53,836 bases of DNA from contig CAMJJO010000001.1 in NCBI GenBank assembly GCA_946406095.1, positions 1 through 53,836 of the forward strand, written 5' to 3'. The notes under the pieces are model-generated. The model saw only the letters and a program-made list of their open reading frames with translations, did not search any database and had not been told where the DNA came from. This document shows positions 8,602 to 18,509 of the stretch, piece after piece. The translations under genes and the position numbers were made by a program. This DNA comes from an uncultured Bacteroidales bacterium. GTDB lineage: Bacteria; Bacteroidota; Bacteroidia; Bacteroidales; UBA932. Positions within the stretch are counted from its first letter, which is position 1, and every line of letters begins with the position of its first letter.

Positions 8602-10410
8602 ATGGAAAAACAGAAGTACGTAGTATCTGAAGCCGACCTGCAGAAAGCCCTGAAACTCAAAGGGGGCTTTGGTCGTTTCGTGACCCGCAGGATCCACCGT
8701 TTTCTGGAGCTGGACAAGATCAATGCGATGCAGGAGAAACTGGTGGATTATGAAGGCCCCGATTTTGCCCAGAAGGTGCTCGATGAGGTGGGCGCAAGCT
8801 ACGAAATCATCCCCGAACAACTTGCCAGAATACCGGAAGAAGGCGGATTCATCACCGTGTCCAACCATCATTTCGGCAGCATCGACGGACTGATCCTGAG
8901 TTCGGTAATAGGCCACAAAAGGCCGGATTACCGCATCCTCACCACCTTTGCACTCTCCCTTATCCCCGGCCTCCGGGAGAGTTTCATGCCAGTAGACAAC
9001 CTCACCAAGGGCGGCAGTGCAAAGAGCATCAAGGGAATACGGATGGCTTTGGAGCACATCCACGACGGGGGCGCACTGGGTTTCTTCCCCGCAGGAGAGG
9101 TCGGGACATATCAGAAAAAGTCGAAGCGCACGTCCGTTGGCAATAAGAAGATAATAGAAGACAAGCCCTGGGCCGAGAACATCATAAAGATGATCAAGAA
9201 CTCAGGATTCCCGGTAATCCCCATATATTTCGAGGGCACCAATTCCAAGTTCTTCCACTTCCTGGGCAAGATACATCCACGCCTCCGCACCATCCGGCTC
9301 ATCCACGAGATGCTGAACAAGAACGGCTGCAACGTGAAAGTCCGCATAGGCCAGGCCATCCAGCCGGACGAAATCCAGAAATACTCCGTTCCCGAGCTCG
9401 GGAAGTATCTTCGCAACCGAACCTACGCCCTTGCAGCAGAATGCATCCCTCCCAAGGAGGTGCAGGAGCAGTTCTATGAAGTGCCGATTGCGGAACCTAC
9501 CGACCCGGAGGCTGTCCGTGCCGAGATTGCATCCATATCCGACAGGATTCTGTTCGATGTCGGCGACTACAGAGCATATCTGACCACGGCCGCAGACATT
9601 CCCAACACGATGCACGAGCTTGCACGGCTGAGGGAAGAGACTTTCCGTGCCGTCGGCGAAGGCACCGGGAAAGAGATCGACACCGACGAATACGACACCT
9701 ATTATCACCACCTCCTCCTTTGGAGCATTCCCAATCAGGAGATCGTGGGTGCCTACCGCATAGGTGCAGGGCCTGAAATCGCCAGGAACCACGGCGGAAT
9801 CGACGGGTTCTACACTGCTTCGCTATTCAAATTCAACCACGACTACGAGGATTTGATGTCGCACTGTATGGAATTGGGGCGGACTATCGTCGTTCCCAAA
9901 TACCAGCGGGAAGTCCTTACCCTCAAGCTACTGCTTACCGGAGTGATCTATTCGATGGTCAAGTTCCCCGAAGCCGAGTATTTTCTCGGCCCGGTCAGCA
10001 TCAGCAACTCTCTGCCGGATTTCTACAAGAGCCTGATCGTCTACTTCATAAACAAGCACCACCTTTGCGCCGATACCCCTCTTGCGGAAAGCGTACATCC
10101 TTTCGTGCCTGATTTCCTTGCCGTCAACCCCGACCAGCTTCTCGCCAAAGTAGAGAATCTGGACGAACTGGACAGGCTGATTCTGGCCATGTCCGATGGC
10201 AAATACAGGATTCCGGTGCTGGTCAAGAAATATTTCAGCTACAACGCAAAGCTGATATGTTTCAACGTGGATCCTTTGTTCAACAGCAGTCTGGACGGGC
10301 TTACTCTGGTAAGACTCAAGGACTTCCCCAGAAACTACCTGCGCAATTTGGTTCATTGCCTCTCCGAAGAGAAAGAGGATGAGATCATGAACCGATCCCC
10401 TTTCAGTTGA
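8602..10410 (+). CDS. Fused PlsC-like acyltransferase + GNAT N-acyltransferase (OlsF-like aminolipid synthase; often annotated 'hemolysin')
   Basis: N-terminal half has SNHHFGSIDG and FFPAGEV. C-terminal half has ELARLREETFRAVGEGTG, D-x-D-EYD, IVGAYRIG, ELGR and FNVDPLF. Confidence 0.85.
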   Translation: MEKQKYVVSEADLQKALKLKGGFGRFVTRRIHRFLELDKINAMQEKLVDYEGPDFAQKVLDEVGASYEIIPEQLARIPEEGGFITVSNHHFGSIDGLILSSVIGHKRPDYRILTTFALSLIPGLRESFMPVDNLTKGGSAKSIKGIRMALEHIHDGGALGFFPAGEVGTYQKKSKRTSVGNKKIIEDKPWAENIIKMIKNSGFPVIPIYFEGTNSKFFHFLGKIHPRLRTIRLIHEMLNKNGCNVKVRIGQAIQPDEIQKYSVPELGKYLRNRTYALAAECIPPKEVQEQFYEVPIAEPTDPEAVRAEIASISDRILFDVGDYRAYLTTAADIPNTMHELARLREETFRAVGEGTGKEIDTDEYDTYYHHLLLWSIPNQEIVGAYRIGAGPEIARNHGGIDGFYTASLFKFNHDYEDLMSHCMELGRTIVVPKYQREVLTLKLLLTGVIYSMVKFPEAEYFLGPVSISNSLPDFYKSLIVYFINKHHLCADTPLAESVHPFVPDFLAVNPDQLLAKVENLDELDRLILAMSDGKYRIPVLVKKYFSYNAKLICFNVDPLFNSSLDGLTLVRLKDFPRNYLRNLVHCLSEEKEDEIMNRSPFS

Positions 10411-13400
10411 GTTCGATCAGCACAGGCATTTCCATCATTCCGAACGGAATGCAGAAATAGTCATCTCTCCAAAGGCGGGCGCTGCCCGTCTTTCTTTTTT
10501 CGTACCAATCGTTGTCGCCGGGCTCCAGATTGGGCCAGGAATGGCGGCCGCTGAAGGTTGCGGGCCCCATCACGTTGAATTCTCCTCCTATGCAGTGGTA
10601 AGGACCCATCAGATTGCGGAGGCTCCCGGTAAGGGTAAGTTCCACCGAATTGTTTCCGGGGCGGATGGCACCCGTCACATCGGCCTCCCAAGGGCTGCAG
10701 AACACCGTCGGGAGTTCCTTTCCGTTCACTTTCACATCGACGGCTATGGCTTCTATGGCCGGGAAGGCGATCTTATAGCATCTGCCTTCATCCACATCGT
10801 CCATACAGAAACTACCGCTGCAGACGAAACTCCCGGAATAGAAGGGATATCCTGCGACGGTCAGGTTGGGGGCCGTCACTTCCGTTTCCGGCCTTATGCT
10901 GAAAGAGCCGTATTCGTAACGGGCCGGCATAGGCTTGGGGTTGAGTATCTTGAGGCGGTTGCGCCATGTCTCGGTGGGTTGATTCTTCGCCAGTATTCCA
11001 TCAACGGCAAAATCACCGCAGAGGAAGATGGTTTCTATCTCGGTGCCATAACGCTCCAGCGCATCATAGGATGCCGGAACCGGATTACGGAAATCCAGCG
11101 AAAGCAGCACTTCGTTGGTGCCCTCAAGCAGCAACCCGGAAACATCTGCCATGCGAAAGTATCTATCTGTATACCAATCCTCGCCAAAGCGCAACTCGCT
11201 GCCATTCAAAGAGATAGACTTATAAATCCAGGGCTGCTCCACAACCAGCGAGCAATTCAGCGGGAGCACCTCCACATTGAAGGAGTAGCGGAGAAGCATT
11301 GGCCCGTCGTACCGGGCATCATGATTCTGGAAACGCTCATATATTGCCAGCACCGGTTCAGCCTCATGCCAGCTGCGTCCTCCATCGGTCGACCAGGATG
11401 CAAAATCCAGAGGCAGAGCGTTGGGGGCGGTCCTTTTGCAGATCCAGGGGCCATCCAAAGTCTTCAAGGGCATCCCCTCGGATGGCAGGTTATAAACACC
11501 ATCGAAATGCCTGCATACGGGTTTATCCCCGAACGCCAGCACCCAGGTCTGGGCGGGGGCCAGGTCCAATTCAATTGGAGCATCCGAAGCAGAAGCAATC
11601 TTCAAGGCATCTCCATTAACCGGATTCAGCAGCGCCTTGTGCCGGACATCTCCAAGATTCAGTTTCACCCTGGCACTCTTATGTCGGGAGATATTGGACA
11701 ACTGAAGGGTGTATCCTCCGTTTACCTTCCGAAGATGCGTCCACACCTTCCCGGCATCCTTTCCCTCGATGCTGAAAGCGGACGGAACATTGGCGGGGAG
11801 CCACTCCAAAAGCTTTCCCGCCGGCAGTTGGATACCGCTATCGCGAAGGCGGCCGAGCGAATCCGGAACGCCGTCGACATACAAAGGGAACTCGCCCAAT
11901 ATCAGCACATTGCCTCCTTCGGATGCAAATTCCTCCAGCAGTCCCAGAGTACTCGGACGGATGGTCAGCAGATTAGGCAGGATCACCGTGTGATAGCTCA
12001 TCTCCCCTATTCTGAGGCGCCCTTCTTCCACGGACCCGATATCTGCGAGGATCTGCTCATCGCAGATGTCGCTGTTGTAATGGAGTGTATTCAGGCACTG
12101 AAGCGTGCTTTCGAGGAGCACGTCACGGGCGGTTCCGGGTTCGGGGTAGTCCCTCCGCACATCCCGCTCGAGATAGTCCGACTCGAGGGTAGACAGCACG
12201 CACACCTCCCCGACAGTGGCCCCGACGGTGGCAAAGTATGCCATCCTGGCTGCAAAATCCTCATACAGATGGTTGTATGGCCAGTAAGGCTCCTGATAAT
12301 TGAAGGTGGGAGGATAGTCGTATTTCCGCACGCCCTTGATGGTGTAGTGCGAAAGATGGGGGCAGAACATATTGACTCCGCAGGCGGTGTGCCAGGCGGT
12401 CAGCCACATCCTGTCTTCCAGCGAAAGGTTGTGCCCGGAAATGCCGAAAATCTCGCATACCCTCCGTTTCCGGCCATATTGGTTGGCCACGGATGTCATT
12501 ACCTTGGCATTATGCAAAGTCTTGAATCTCAGGCCGAGAGCGTCGATTCCCGGCACCTGCATGTGGCGGTACTGGGTCATCAGGTCACCCTGGTTGAACA
12601 TATTGGCAACCGGCATCTCCTCACCGTTGAAGTGGCCGGTCCACTGCAGGCCGTTGGCTGCGCAGTACTCCCCTATCTGGCGGCTGAAAGCATTCTCCAT
12701 ACATTCGCCCACCGTGCGGTAGTAGTGCAGGCGGAACTGGCGCCAGTTGCCGACGGTATCCACCAGAGAAGCCAGATGCGGGCGCATCGGATAGCCCCAG
12801 CGCTTCTCGAAGGCCTCTTCCATCCATGGGGAATATGGTATGAAGGCATCGCCTTCGGCAAGATCCGTCCGTGGCGAAACCTGCGGCTCGTCGGAAAAAA
12901 TCCCCATCACTCCCTTTTGCCCGGCAAAGCGGTCCACATAGGGCTGATAGGTGCAGTCGATGAAGGCCTTCACCATCTCTGGATTCATCAGATCCACCCA
13001 GCAGGTGCCGTTGTACCACGCCTGTCCCCAAGGGTCTACATGACTGATATATAGATATTTGCCATCGTCCAGCAGGATTTCGTCCGCATCATTTACAGGC
13101 GTTCCCGCAGGCACTCTTACCAAGGTCCTGGCCCGGAAGGCGTCAGACTGCTTGGGCACTATACCTCCGGCAAATCCGCTCGGCCACTTGTCTTCGTCGT
13201 AGAACCAGGCCTCCAGGCCCAGTTTCCGGCTTTCTTCGACACCAACTTTCATCATCTCGAACCACTCTTCGGAAAGATACGGTGTGAGAAGGCCCGGGCG
13301 GCTGTGGAAGAATGCTCCTCCGAAACCGCCCTCCTTGAAAAGGGCCAGCTGGCGGCGCATTTCATCCGAGCGCAGGCTGTCGTTCAGCGACCAGAAAGTC

Positions 13401-13510
13401 ATGGACCGGTAGGTGGTCGAGGGTTGCTTGAATTCCTTGATTTCAAAGCGATTCCCGACGGGCCTGCAGCAGGCGCTCAGCAGCAAAATGGCGAAGAGCA
13501 GTCGTTTCAT
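10403..13510 (-). CDS. GH106-like glycoside hydrolase (alpha-L-rhamnosidase family), predicted lipoprotein
   Basis: LLLSAC lipobox; FWSLND, YDEDKWPSGFAGG, FSDEPQ, PGID and RKYDYPP motifs; C-terminal beta-sandwich ending in SLRNLMGP. Confidence 0.75.
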   Translation of the reverse strand: MKRLLFAILLLSACCRPVGNRFEIKEFKQPSTTYRSMTFWSLNDSLRSDEMRRQLALFKEGGFGGAFFHSRPGLLTPYLSEEWFEMMKVGVEESRKLGLEAWFYDEDKWPSGFAGGIVPKQSDAFRARTLVRVPAGTPVNDADEILLDDGKYLYISHVDPWGQAWYNGTCWVDLMNPEMVKAFIDCTYQPYVDRFAGQKGVMGIFSDEPQVSPRTDLAEGDAFIPYSPWMEEAFEKRWGYPMRPHLASLVDTVGNWRQFRLHYYRTVGECMENAFSRQIGEYCAANGLQWTGHFNGEEMPVANMFNQGDLMTQYRHMQVPGIDALGLRFKTLHNAKVMTSVANQYGRKRRVCEIFGISGHNLSLEDRMWLTAWHTACGVNMFCPHLSHYTIKGVRKYDYPPTFNYQEPYWPYNHLYEDFAARMAYFATVGATVGEVCVLSTLESDYLERDVRRDYPEPGTARDVLLESTLQCLNTLHYNSDICDEQILADIGSVEEGRLRIGEMSYHTVILPNLLTIRPSTLGLLEEFASEGGNVLILGEFPLYVDGVPDSLGRLRDSGIQLPAGKLLEWLPANVPSAFSIEGKDAGKVWTHLRKVNGGYTLQLSNISRHKSARVKLNLGDVRHKALLNPVNGDALKIASASDAPIELDLAPAQTWVLAFGDKPVCRHFDGVYNLPSEGMPLKTLDGPWICKRTAPNALPLDFASWSTDGGRSWHEAEPVLAIYERFQNHDARYDGPMLLRYSFNVEVLPLNCSLVVEQPWIYKSISLNGSELRFGEDWYTDRYFRMADVSGLLLEGTNEVLLSLDFRNPVPASYDALERYGTEIETIFLCGDFAVDGILAKNQPTETWRNRLKILNPKPMPARYEYGSFSIRPETEVTAPNLTVAGYPFYSGSFVCSGSFCMDDVDEGRCYKIAFPAIEAIAVDVKVNGKELPTVFCSPWEADVTGAIRPGNNSVELTLTGSLRNLMGPYHCIGGEFNVMGPATFSGRHSWPNLEPGDNDWYEKRKTGSARLWRDDYFCIPFGMMEMPVLIELN

Positions 13511-13513
13511 TTA

Positions 13514-15319
13514 TTAACTATGGGTGTCGATAATTTGGGCAATATCAAGCACGGGAGCATCAGAATACTTGCTGAAGGTACTCTGGCAGAGAGGGCAGGC
13601 GGTGACGATTTCGTCGGGATCGCCGGCCTGAAGGTTCTTCAAGGAATTGAGCGTGATGTCTTTGCGTTTCTCGTAGCTCAGCGACAGACTGCCAAGAGAC
13701 CCGCCGCAGCAGATGCTCATATCCTTGTTCTGGGCAGCTTCCACAAGGTTTCCTACAGCAGACACCACCAGACGTGGCGGTTCATATATTCCGCATCCGC
13801 GGCCGAGTTCGCAAGGGTCGTGGTATGCCAGCCTGAGTGCTTCATCTTTCTTGACGCGGAGCCTTCCGGAATGGATCAATTCATTGATAAAGACGCTGTG
13901 ATGCACCACATAGATGCCGCTCAGGTTGTATTTTTCCTTGAATATCTTGTAGCAGATGGGGCAGCTTAGCAGCAGCACGTCGCAGCCGGAACCCACAATG
14001 ATTTCCCTGTTGATGCGGGCCATCTCGCGCGCCTGCTCCTTCCGCCCGGCAAGCAGCATCGGCCTGCCGCAGCAGAGCCCACCCTCAGGATCCATCATGG
14101 TCCAGTTGGCCCCCGCCTTGTCCAGGAGAGAGCCGACGGATTTTATTATGCCCGGTGTAAGATGGGTCATGCATCCGGCGAAATACAAAACCTTGCCGCT
14201 GCCGAGGCCGTTCAGTTTCGCCTCCGACGATATTCTGGAATAGTGCTGATTGATACCGTATTTGCGCATGGACCGCTGGGCCAGACGCATCTGGGGGCCA
14301 TCCACCTGCACCTGGCAGACCTGGCTGCACTTGCCGCACATCAGGCATTTGTCGCTGATCTCCTCTATGCGGCGCTCATTCCCCCGCCTCAGCTGGCGGT
14401 TCAGGTAGACGGTGCAGTCTTTAAGGTTCTCCTTCTTCACGCTCATCGGGCAGGCATCGATACACACTCCGCAGCCGGGGCAGGAATAGAACTGCACCTT
14501 GGCAAAGCCCTTCCGCGGGTGAAGGATATGCAGGCCGGCGTTCCTCAGGGGGATGAGCATCATTTCCGCCGGGATATGCATGTAGCGGGTGAACGGCAGC
14601 ACTACCATAAAGATTCCCAAGGCTATGGAATATGCCCACCAGGTGGGATAGTAGTTCAGTTCATTCCCGAAGAACTGACGGAATATCCAGTTCATCGGCA
14701 GGGTGAGGAAACTCCCGCCGCTGATATGGGCGGTGAAGGTTTCACTGAGAAGGCGCAGGGGGAAAATCGCCCATAGCGAATAGAGGCCGATCCTGTCCAG
14801 CAAACTGGGACGTGTGGTCCGCCTCATTCCGAACCAGAGCGACCGGACACGCTTGATGATCGCCAGGGTTATGCCGCTCAGTATTATCAGCAGGAATAAG
14901 TCCATCAGGAAGAAGAGGACCGCTCCCTGTATGGTGCTTTCCGTCTCTGCTACGAAAAAGTTGAAGAAGATGGGATAGTAGAAGAACTTGATGCGATGCG
15001 GCAGGAAGAGCATTACCTCGATGTGGCCCAGAAGGATAATCATAAACCAACCGAAGGCGATGCTGGAGTGCATATAACCGAGGGTTCTGTTCCGTTTCCA
15101 CAGTTTCACGTGGAGGAGGCAGTTCAGGAAGATGTCCTTGATATTCTTCCAGGCTGTCGCCGGTGTCACAAGCGAAATCAGGAAACGTTTCCTGTCCTTT
15201 GCCGGGAGTTCGAAAAGTATTCGGATTGCACCGAACAGGCAGTATCCAAGCACGAAGAGCATCCCTATCAGGAAGGGAAGCACGAAAGGATCGAATCCGG
15301 ATGCCAGTCTCTCTCTCAT
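13514..15319 (-). CDS. Membrane-anchored Fe-S oxidoreductase (NarI/HdrE-like TM domain + 2x4Fe-4S + two CCG domains, HdrD/HdrF-like)
   Basis: About 250 hydrophobic N-terminal residues with His (YMHSS, RYMHIP), then CPGCGVCIDACP, CLMCGKCSQVC, FAGC, LCCGRP, YHDPCELGR, ICCGG and TACPLC. Confidence 0.85.
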   Translation of the reverse strand: MRERLASGFDPFVLPFLIGMLFVLGYCLFGAIRILFELPAKDRKRFLISLVTPATAWKNIKDIFLNCLLHVKLWKRNRTLGYMHSSIAFGWFMIILLGHIEVMLFLPHRIKFFYYPIFFNFFVAETESTIQGAVLFFLMDLFLLIILSGITLAIIKRVRSLWFGMRRTTRPSLLDRIGLYSLWAIFPLRLLSETFTAHISGGSFLTLPMNWIFRQFFGNELNYYPTWWAYSIALGIFMVVLPFTRYMHIPAEMMLIPLRNAGLHILHPRKGFAKVQFYSCPGCGVCIDACPMSVKKENLKDCTVYLNRQLRRGNERRIEEISDKCLMCGKCSQVCQVQVDGPQMRLAQRSMRKYGINQHYSRISSEAKLNGLGSGKVLYFAGCMTHLTPGIIKSVGSLLDKAGANWTMMDPEGGLCCGRPMLLAGRKEQAREMARINREIIVGSGCDVLLLSCPICYKIFKEKYNLSGIYVVHHSVFINELIHSGRLRVKKDEALRLAYHDPCELGRGCGIYEPPRLVVSAVGNLVEAAQNKDMSICCGGSLGSLSLSYEKRKDITLNSLKNLQAGDPDEIVTACPLCQSTFSKYSDAPVLDIAQIIDTHS

Positions 15320-15657
15320 TGCTCGCCCTCCACATTATCGAAAAGCCTGCACACCGTGAGGATTATGCGCCTGGTATTGATGCCCCGAGGGCATACCATC
15401 GTGCATTTCCCGCATAACATACAGTGCGAGAGCATCTGTTCGACTTCCTGATTGCGGCCACGCTGGAGATCCAGAATGAGTTTGCGGACACTCATCCCGG
15501 AATATTCCGATGCAGTGCAGGTGGCGCTGCAACTCCCGCATGCGATGCAAGTGCGCGCGCCAGGCTCCAGACTGCACAGTTTATCGTACAGAGAGAGGTC
15601 CACCTTGTCCAGTTCGATGGAAGAACTGGGATTTAGCCCGAATCCGAAATCCATCAC
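15316..15657 (-). CDS. Small 2x[4Fe-4S] protein, HdrC-like
   Basis: CIACGSCSATC and CMLCGKCTMVCPRG. Confidence 0.85.
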   Translation of the reverse strand: MMDFGFGLNPSSSIELDKVDLSLYDKLCSLEPGARTCIACGSCSATCTASEYSGMSVRKLILDLQRGRNQEVEQMLSHCMLCGKCTMVCPRGINTRRIILTVCRLFDNVEGEQ

Positions 15658-16673
15658 TTCTGGCCTTTTAGATAGTTATACACATTCAGAGCCGCGCTGC
15701 GTGCCTCGGCAACCGTCTCGGGCACAGTCTTGGGGCCGGTGCAGGTTCCTACATAGAAAATGCCGTCCCTGTCCGCCTCGGTAATGGAGAGTATGTTGTC
15801 TTTGCTCCGGAAGAAGCCGTCATCGTCCACCGGCATCTGCAGGGAATGCGCCAGGACCTGGTTCTCTTTATTGCAGACTATGCCTGCCATCAGCACCAGC
15901 AGGTCCAGCTTCACCTTGACGGGCTTGCCCACCAGGGTATCTTCCGCTTTCACCTGAACCCTGCCGTCGATGGTCTCGCAAACCTCCGAAACACGGCCAC
16001 GGATGAAGTGTATGCCATAATCCCTCTGGGCATTGATGTAGAAGTCTTCGTATTTCTTGCCAAAAAGGCGGAGGTCCATATAGAAGCAGTAGATCTCCGC
16101 ATCGGGGAACTCTTCTTTCAGTTCAATGGCCTGTTTGATTGCCGTGATGCAGCAGACCTTCGAACATTGGGTGTTTCCGGCCTTTACATCTCTGGAGCCG
16201 ACACAATGCACAAATCCGATGGCGGATGGTTTCTCAGGAATACGGCCGTCGCTGTGGGTATTGAACCAGGCTTCCAGGTCCCGGTTGGTAATCACACGGT
16301 CGTAGATGCCATAGCCATACTCCTCTTTCCTTTCTGCTTCGAAAAGCTTGAATCCGGTTGCGAGCACCACCGCCCTGCAAGGAAGGGCGCGGCCATTGCT
16401 CAGAATAACCGAATACCCTTTCTGGAGGCGGTTGATAGAGGCTATCTCCGTTTCCAAAAGCACCTCCACATCCTTCAGAGGTTCCTCGTAGGCATCCAGG
16501 ATTTTCCTGGCAGAAGTCATGTCCGGGAAAAGTTTGTGCCACCCGGCCACATGCCCGCCAAGGGCATTGCTCTTCTCCACTATGATGGGGTTCAGGCCGA
16601 GGGCCTTGAGCTGCCTGGCAGCTTCCATTCCGGCGATTCCGCCTCCGACTATCAATACGGGATTATTGTTCAT
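15654..16673 (-). CDS. Short HdrA-like FAD/[4Fe-4S] subunit
   Basis: GGGIAG, LGGH, ATGF, EEYGYG, FVHCVGSRD, CSKVCC, FYMDLR and GTCTGPK. Confidence 0.88.
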   Translation of the reverse strand: MNNNPVLIVGGGIAGMEAARQLKALGLNPIIVEKSNALGGHVAGWHKLFPDMTSARKILDAYEEPLKDVEVLLETEIASINRLQKGYSVILSNGRALPCRAVVLATGFKLFEAERKEEYGYGIYDRVITNRDLEAWFNTHSDGRIPEKPSAIGFVHCVGSRDVKAGNTQCSKVCCITAIKQAIELKEEFPDAEIYCFYMDLRLFGKKYEDFYINAQRDYGIHFIRGRVSEVCETIDGRVQVKAEDTLVGKPVKVKLDLLVLMAGIVCNKENQVLAHSLQMPVDDDGFFRSKDNILSITEADRDGIFYVGTCTGPKTVPETVAEARSAALNVYNYLKGQK

Positions 16674-16674
16674 A

Positions 16675-17745
16675 TCAACAGCATTTCAGGACTGAGGGAA
16701 GTCCGGGTTTCTTGAGTTCTTTCTCGTTCAGGCCGAGGTACTTCTTTGAAGGGTCGTAGGGCACACCCATCTTGTCCAGGAGTGGCTCAGGGCCTACCTG
16801 ATGAATCTGCAGGCCGAGGTCCCATGGATCCACCCCCAGCACCAGGCCGGCCAGTTCTTCATAAGTGAGCACCGGGATACCTCTGCCATTCTCGCCATAG
16901 GTCTTTCCGGTCTGCTCGGCAATCACATACTGCCAGCGGTCCAGGAAGAAGGGGCATCCGGGGCAGTTGGTGATTATTGCGTCCGGATGGTAGGGCTCCA
17001 TCGATTCGAACTTCTTGTGGGTGTTGGACACGGAGTATCCGCGGTTGGCCTTCACCAGATACTGGCGGAAACCAAAGCCGCAACAGTGCCTGCGCTCGGG
17101 ATAATCTATCACCTTCCCTCCCCAGGCCTCTGCCATTCCGCTCAGCACGCAAGGGTATTCTGCACCGCCCACTCCCTTGTGGGGGAACATCTTGGAATAG
17201 TGGCAGCCTATATGCTCCACGATTCTCAACGGCTCGCCGGTTTCTTTGTTAACCAGCTGATAATTGGCGCGTTCCGCAATCTCCTCGCGGAACTTGTAGA
17301 CCAGGTCGCTCGCATGTGCGACATATTCCGGCTTTTCGAACTCCCTGCGGCAGGCCTTCCAGAGCTTTTCGCGTATGCGGGCCTCGAGTTCGGGGAACTC
17401 CCTCCAGGTTTCGAGAATCTCGGTATAGTTGCCGAAGGATGTGATGCAGGACGTGACCAGATTCTTGTAGCCGGCCTCCGTCATCAGCGCGAACTGGCGG
17501 GCGACTATGGTCATTGCGGTTTCCTGGGGGATGGTGTCCGCGTGATAGGCTATGCCCCCGCAGGTGGTGTGATGCCTGGTTTCGTATATATCCCGCCCCA
17601 GCATGTCCCTGCATATCTTAAGGAAGTAATGCTCCGAAGCCGGGAAGAAACTCTGGCGGATGCAGCTGCGCACATAGAACCAGTGGTTGTCCGGTATCTC
17701 TTTCTGGTAGTCGGACCAGATCTTCTGCTTTCCCTGATAAATCAT
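16675..17745 (-). CDS. HdrB-like CCG-domain subunit
   Basis: RSC, TTCGG, TSCITS, EHIGCHY, RRHCCGFG and TNCPGC. Confidence 0.85.
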   Translation of the reverse strand: MIYQGKQKIWSDYQKEIPDNHWFYVRSCIRQSFFPASEHYFLKICRDMLGRDIYETRHHTTCGGIAYHADTIPQETAMTIVARQFALMTEAGYKNLVTSCITSFGNYTEILETWREFPELEARIREKLWKACRREFEKPEYVAHASDLVYKFREEIAERANYQLVNKETGEPLRIVEHIGCHYSKMFPHKGVGGAEYPCVLSGMAEAWGGKVIDYPERRHCCGFGFRQYLVKANRGYSVSNTHKKFESMEPYHPDAIITNCPGCPFFLDRWQYVIAEQTGKTYGENGRGIPVLTYEELAGLVLGVDPWDLGLQIHQVGPEPLLDKMGVPYDPSKKYLGLNEKELKKPGLPSVLKCC

Positions 17746-18452
17746 AGCGCGCCCTCCTCGTTATTGAAATGCCCCCTGGAGCAATGCTCGAAGGTGTATT
17801 TGGTGTATTCTTCCATAGTCATCCCCATCTCTTCGGCCTTTTTGCGGGAGCACTCTTCCACAAGGTTGATGCGCTCGGTGGCGCCGGTCTCGTCGAATAT
17901 GGCCTGGAGTTCGTCCAGATCTTCCTGAGGGATGGCTCTCAATGCGCCCTCGCCCTGGCGGCCGAAGTTAGCGCCAAGGCGGTCATAAACATCCTGCTGA
18001 TTGTTCAGCACCCACTCGAAAACAGGCCCGGATTCGGGATGGTCTTCATATTTGTAGGTGGAAGGATGGACGCAGTATCCCAGCTTCAACACATTGGTTG
18101 TAAGCACTTTGGTGAGAGGATAGAGCTGGCGCCCCTTCTCCGATTCGGTGAAGTATCCAAGTTTGGTGGAGAGGTTGCGCAGCGCCATCACCACCAGCCC
18201 TGCTCCGTTCTTACGGGGGCAGCGGGTGACGCAGGACATGCATTCTCCGCAATACCAGATGGTCTCGCTTTTGAGGAGTTCGAGTATTCCGTCTTCGTCC
18301 TTACGCTGGACGGTGTCCACGATCTTGCGCGGATCATATTTGTAGAACTCCGCCGCAGGGCAGATGGCTGTGCAGGTGCCGCAGTTGATGCAGGTCTTGA
18401 GCCCTTCCTTGAAGCGGTAGTCTTTGGTGAGTTCGTCGTACAGTTTACCCAT
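17742..18452 (-). CDS. HdrC-like 2x[4Fe-4S] subunit
   Basis: CINCGTCTAICP and IWYCGECMSCVTRCPR. Confidence 0.87.
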   Translation of the reverse strand: MGKLYDELTKDYRFKEGLKTCINCGTCTAICPAAEFYKYDPRKIVDTVQRKDEDGILELLKSETIWYCGECMSCVTRCPRKNGAGLVVMALRNLSTKLGYFTESEKGRQLYPLTKVLTTNVLKLGYCVHPSTYKYEDHPESGPVFEWVLNNQQDVYDRLGANFGRQGEGALRAIPQEDLDELQAIFDETGATERINLVEECSRKKAEEMGMTMEEYTKYTFEHCSRGHFNNEEGAL

Positions 18453-18469
18453 AGCACACGTTTAAGTTT

Positions 18470-18477
18470 CAAATATA
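18470..18477 (-). promoter_or_regulatory. -7 promoter element (TATATTTG) for the hdr-like operon
   Basis: TAnnTTTG match 17 nt upstream of the hdrC-like ATG. Confidence 0.6.
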
Positions 18478-18509
18478 CAAAATATTTGGGAAAGCCGTTT
18501 GGGGAGCCC

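Noticed and set aside
10541-13054. 837-aa plus-strand ORF
   Set aside because: Antisense to the GH106-like gene; no motifs. The other long antisense ORFs (e.g. 25031-26224, 30734-31969, 16801-17928) were rejected for the same reason.
15102-15117. parS-like sequence AGTTTCACGTGGAGGA
   Set aside because: The right half is not palindromic, it has several mismatches to consensus, and it lies inside a CDS; likely chance.
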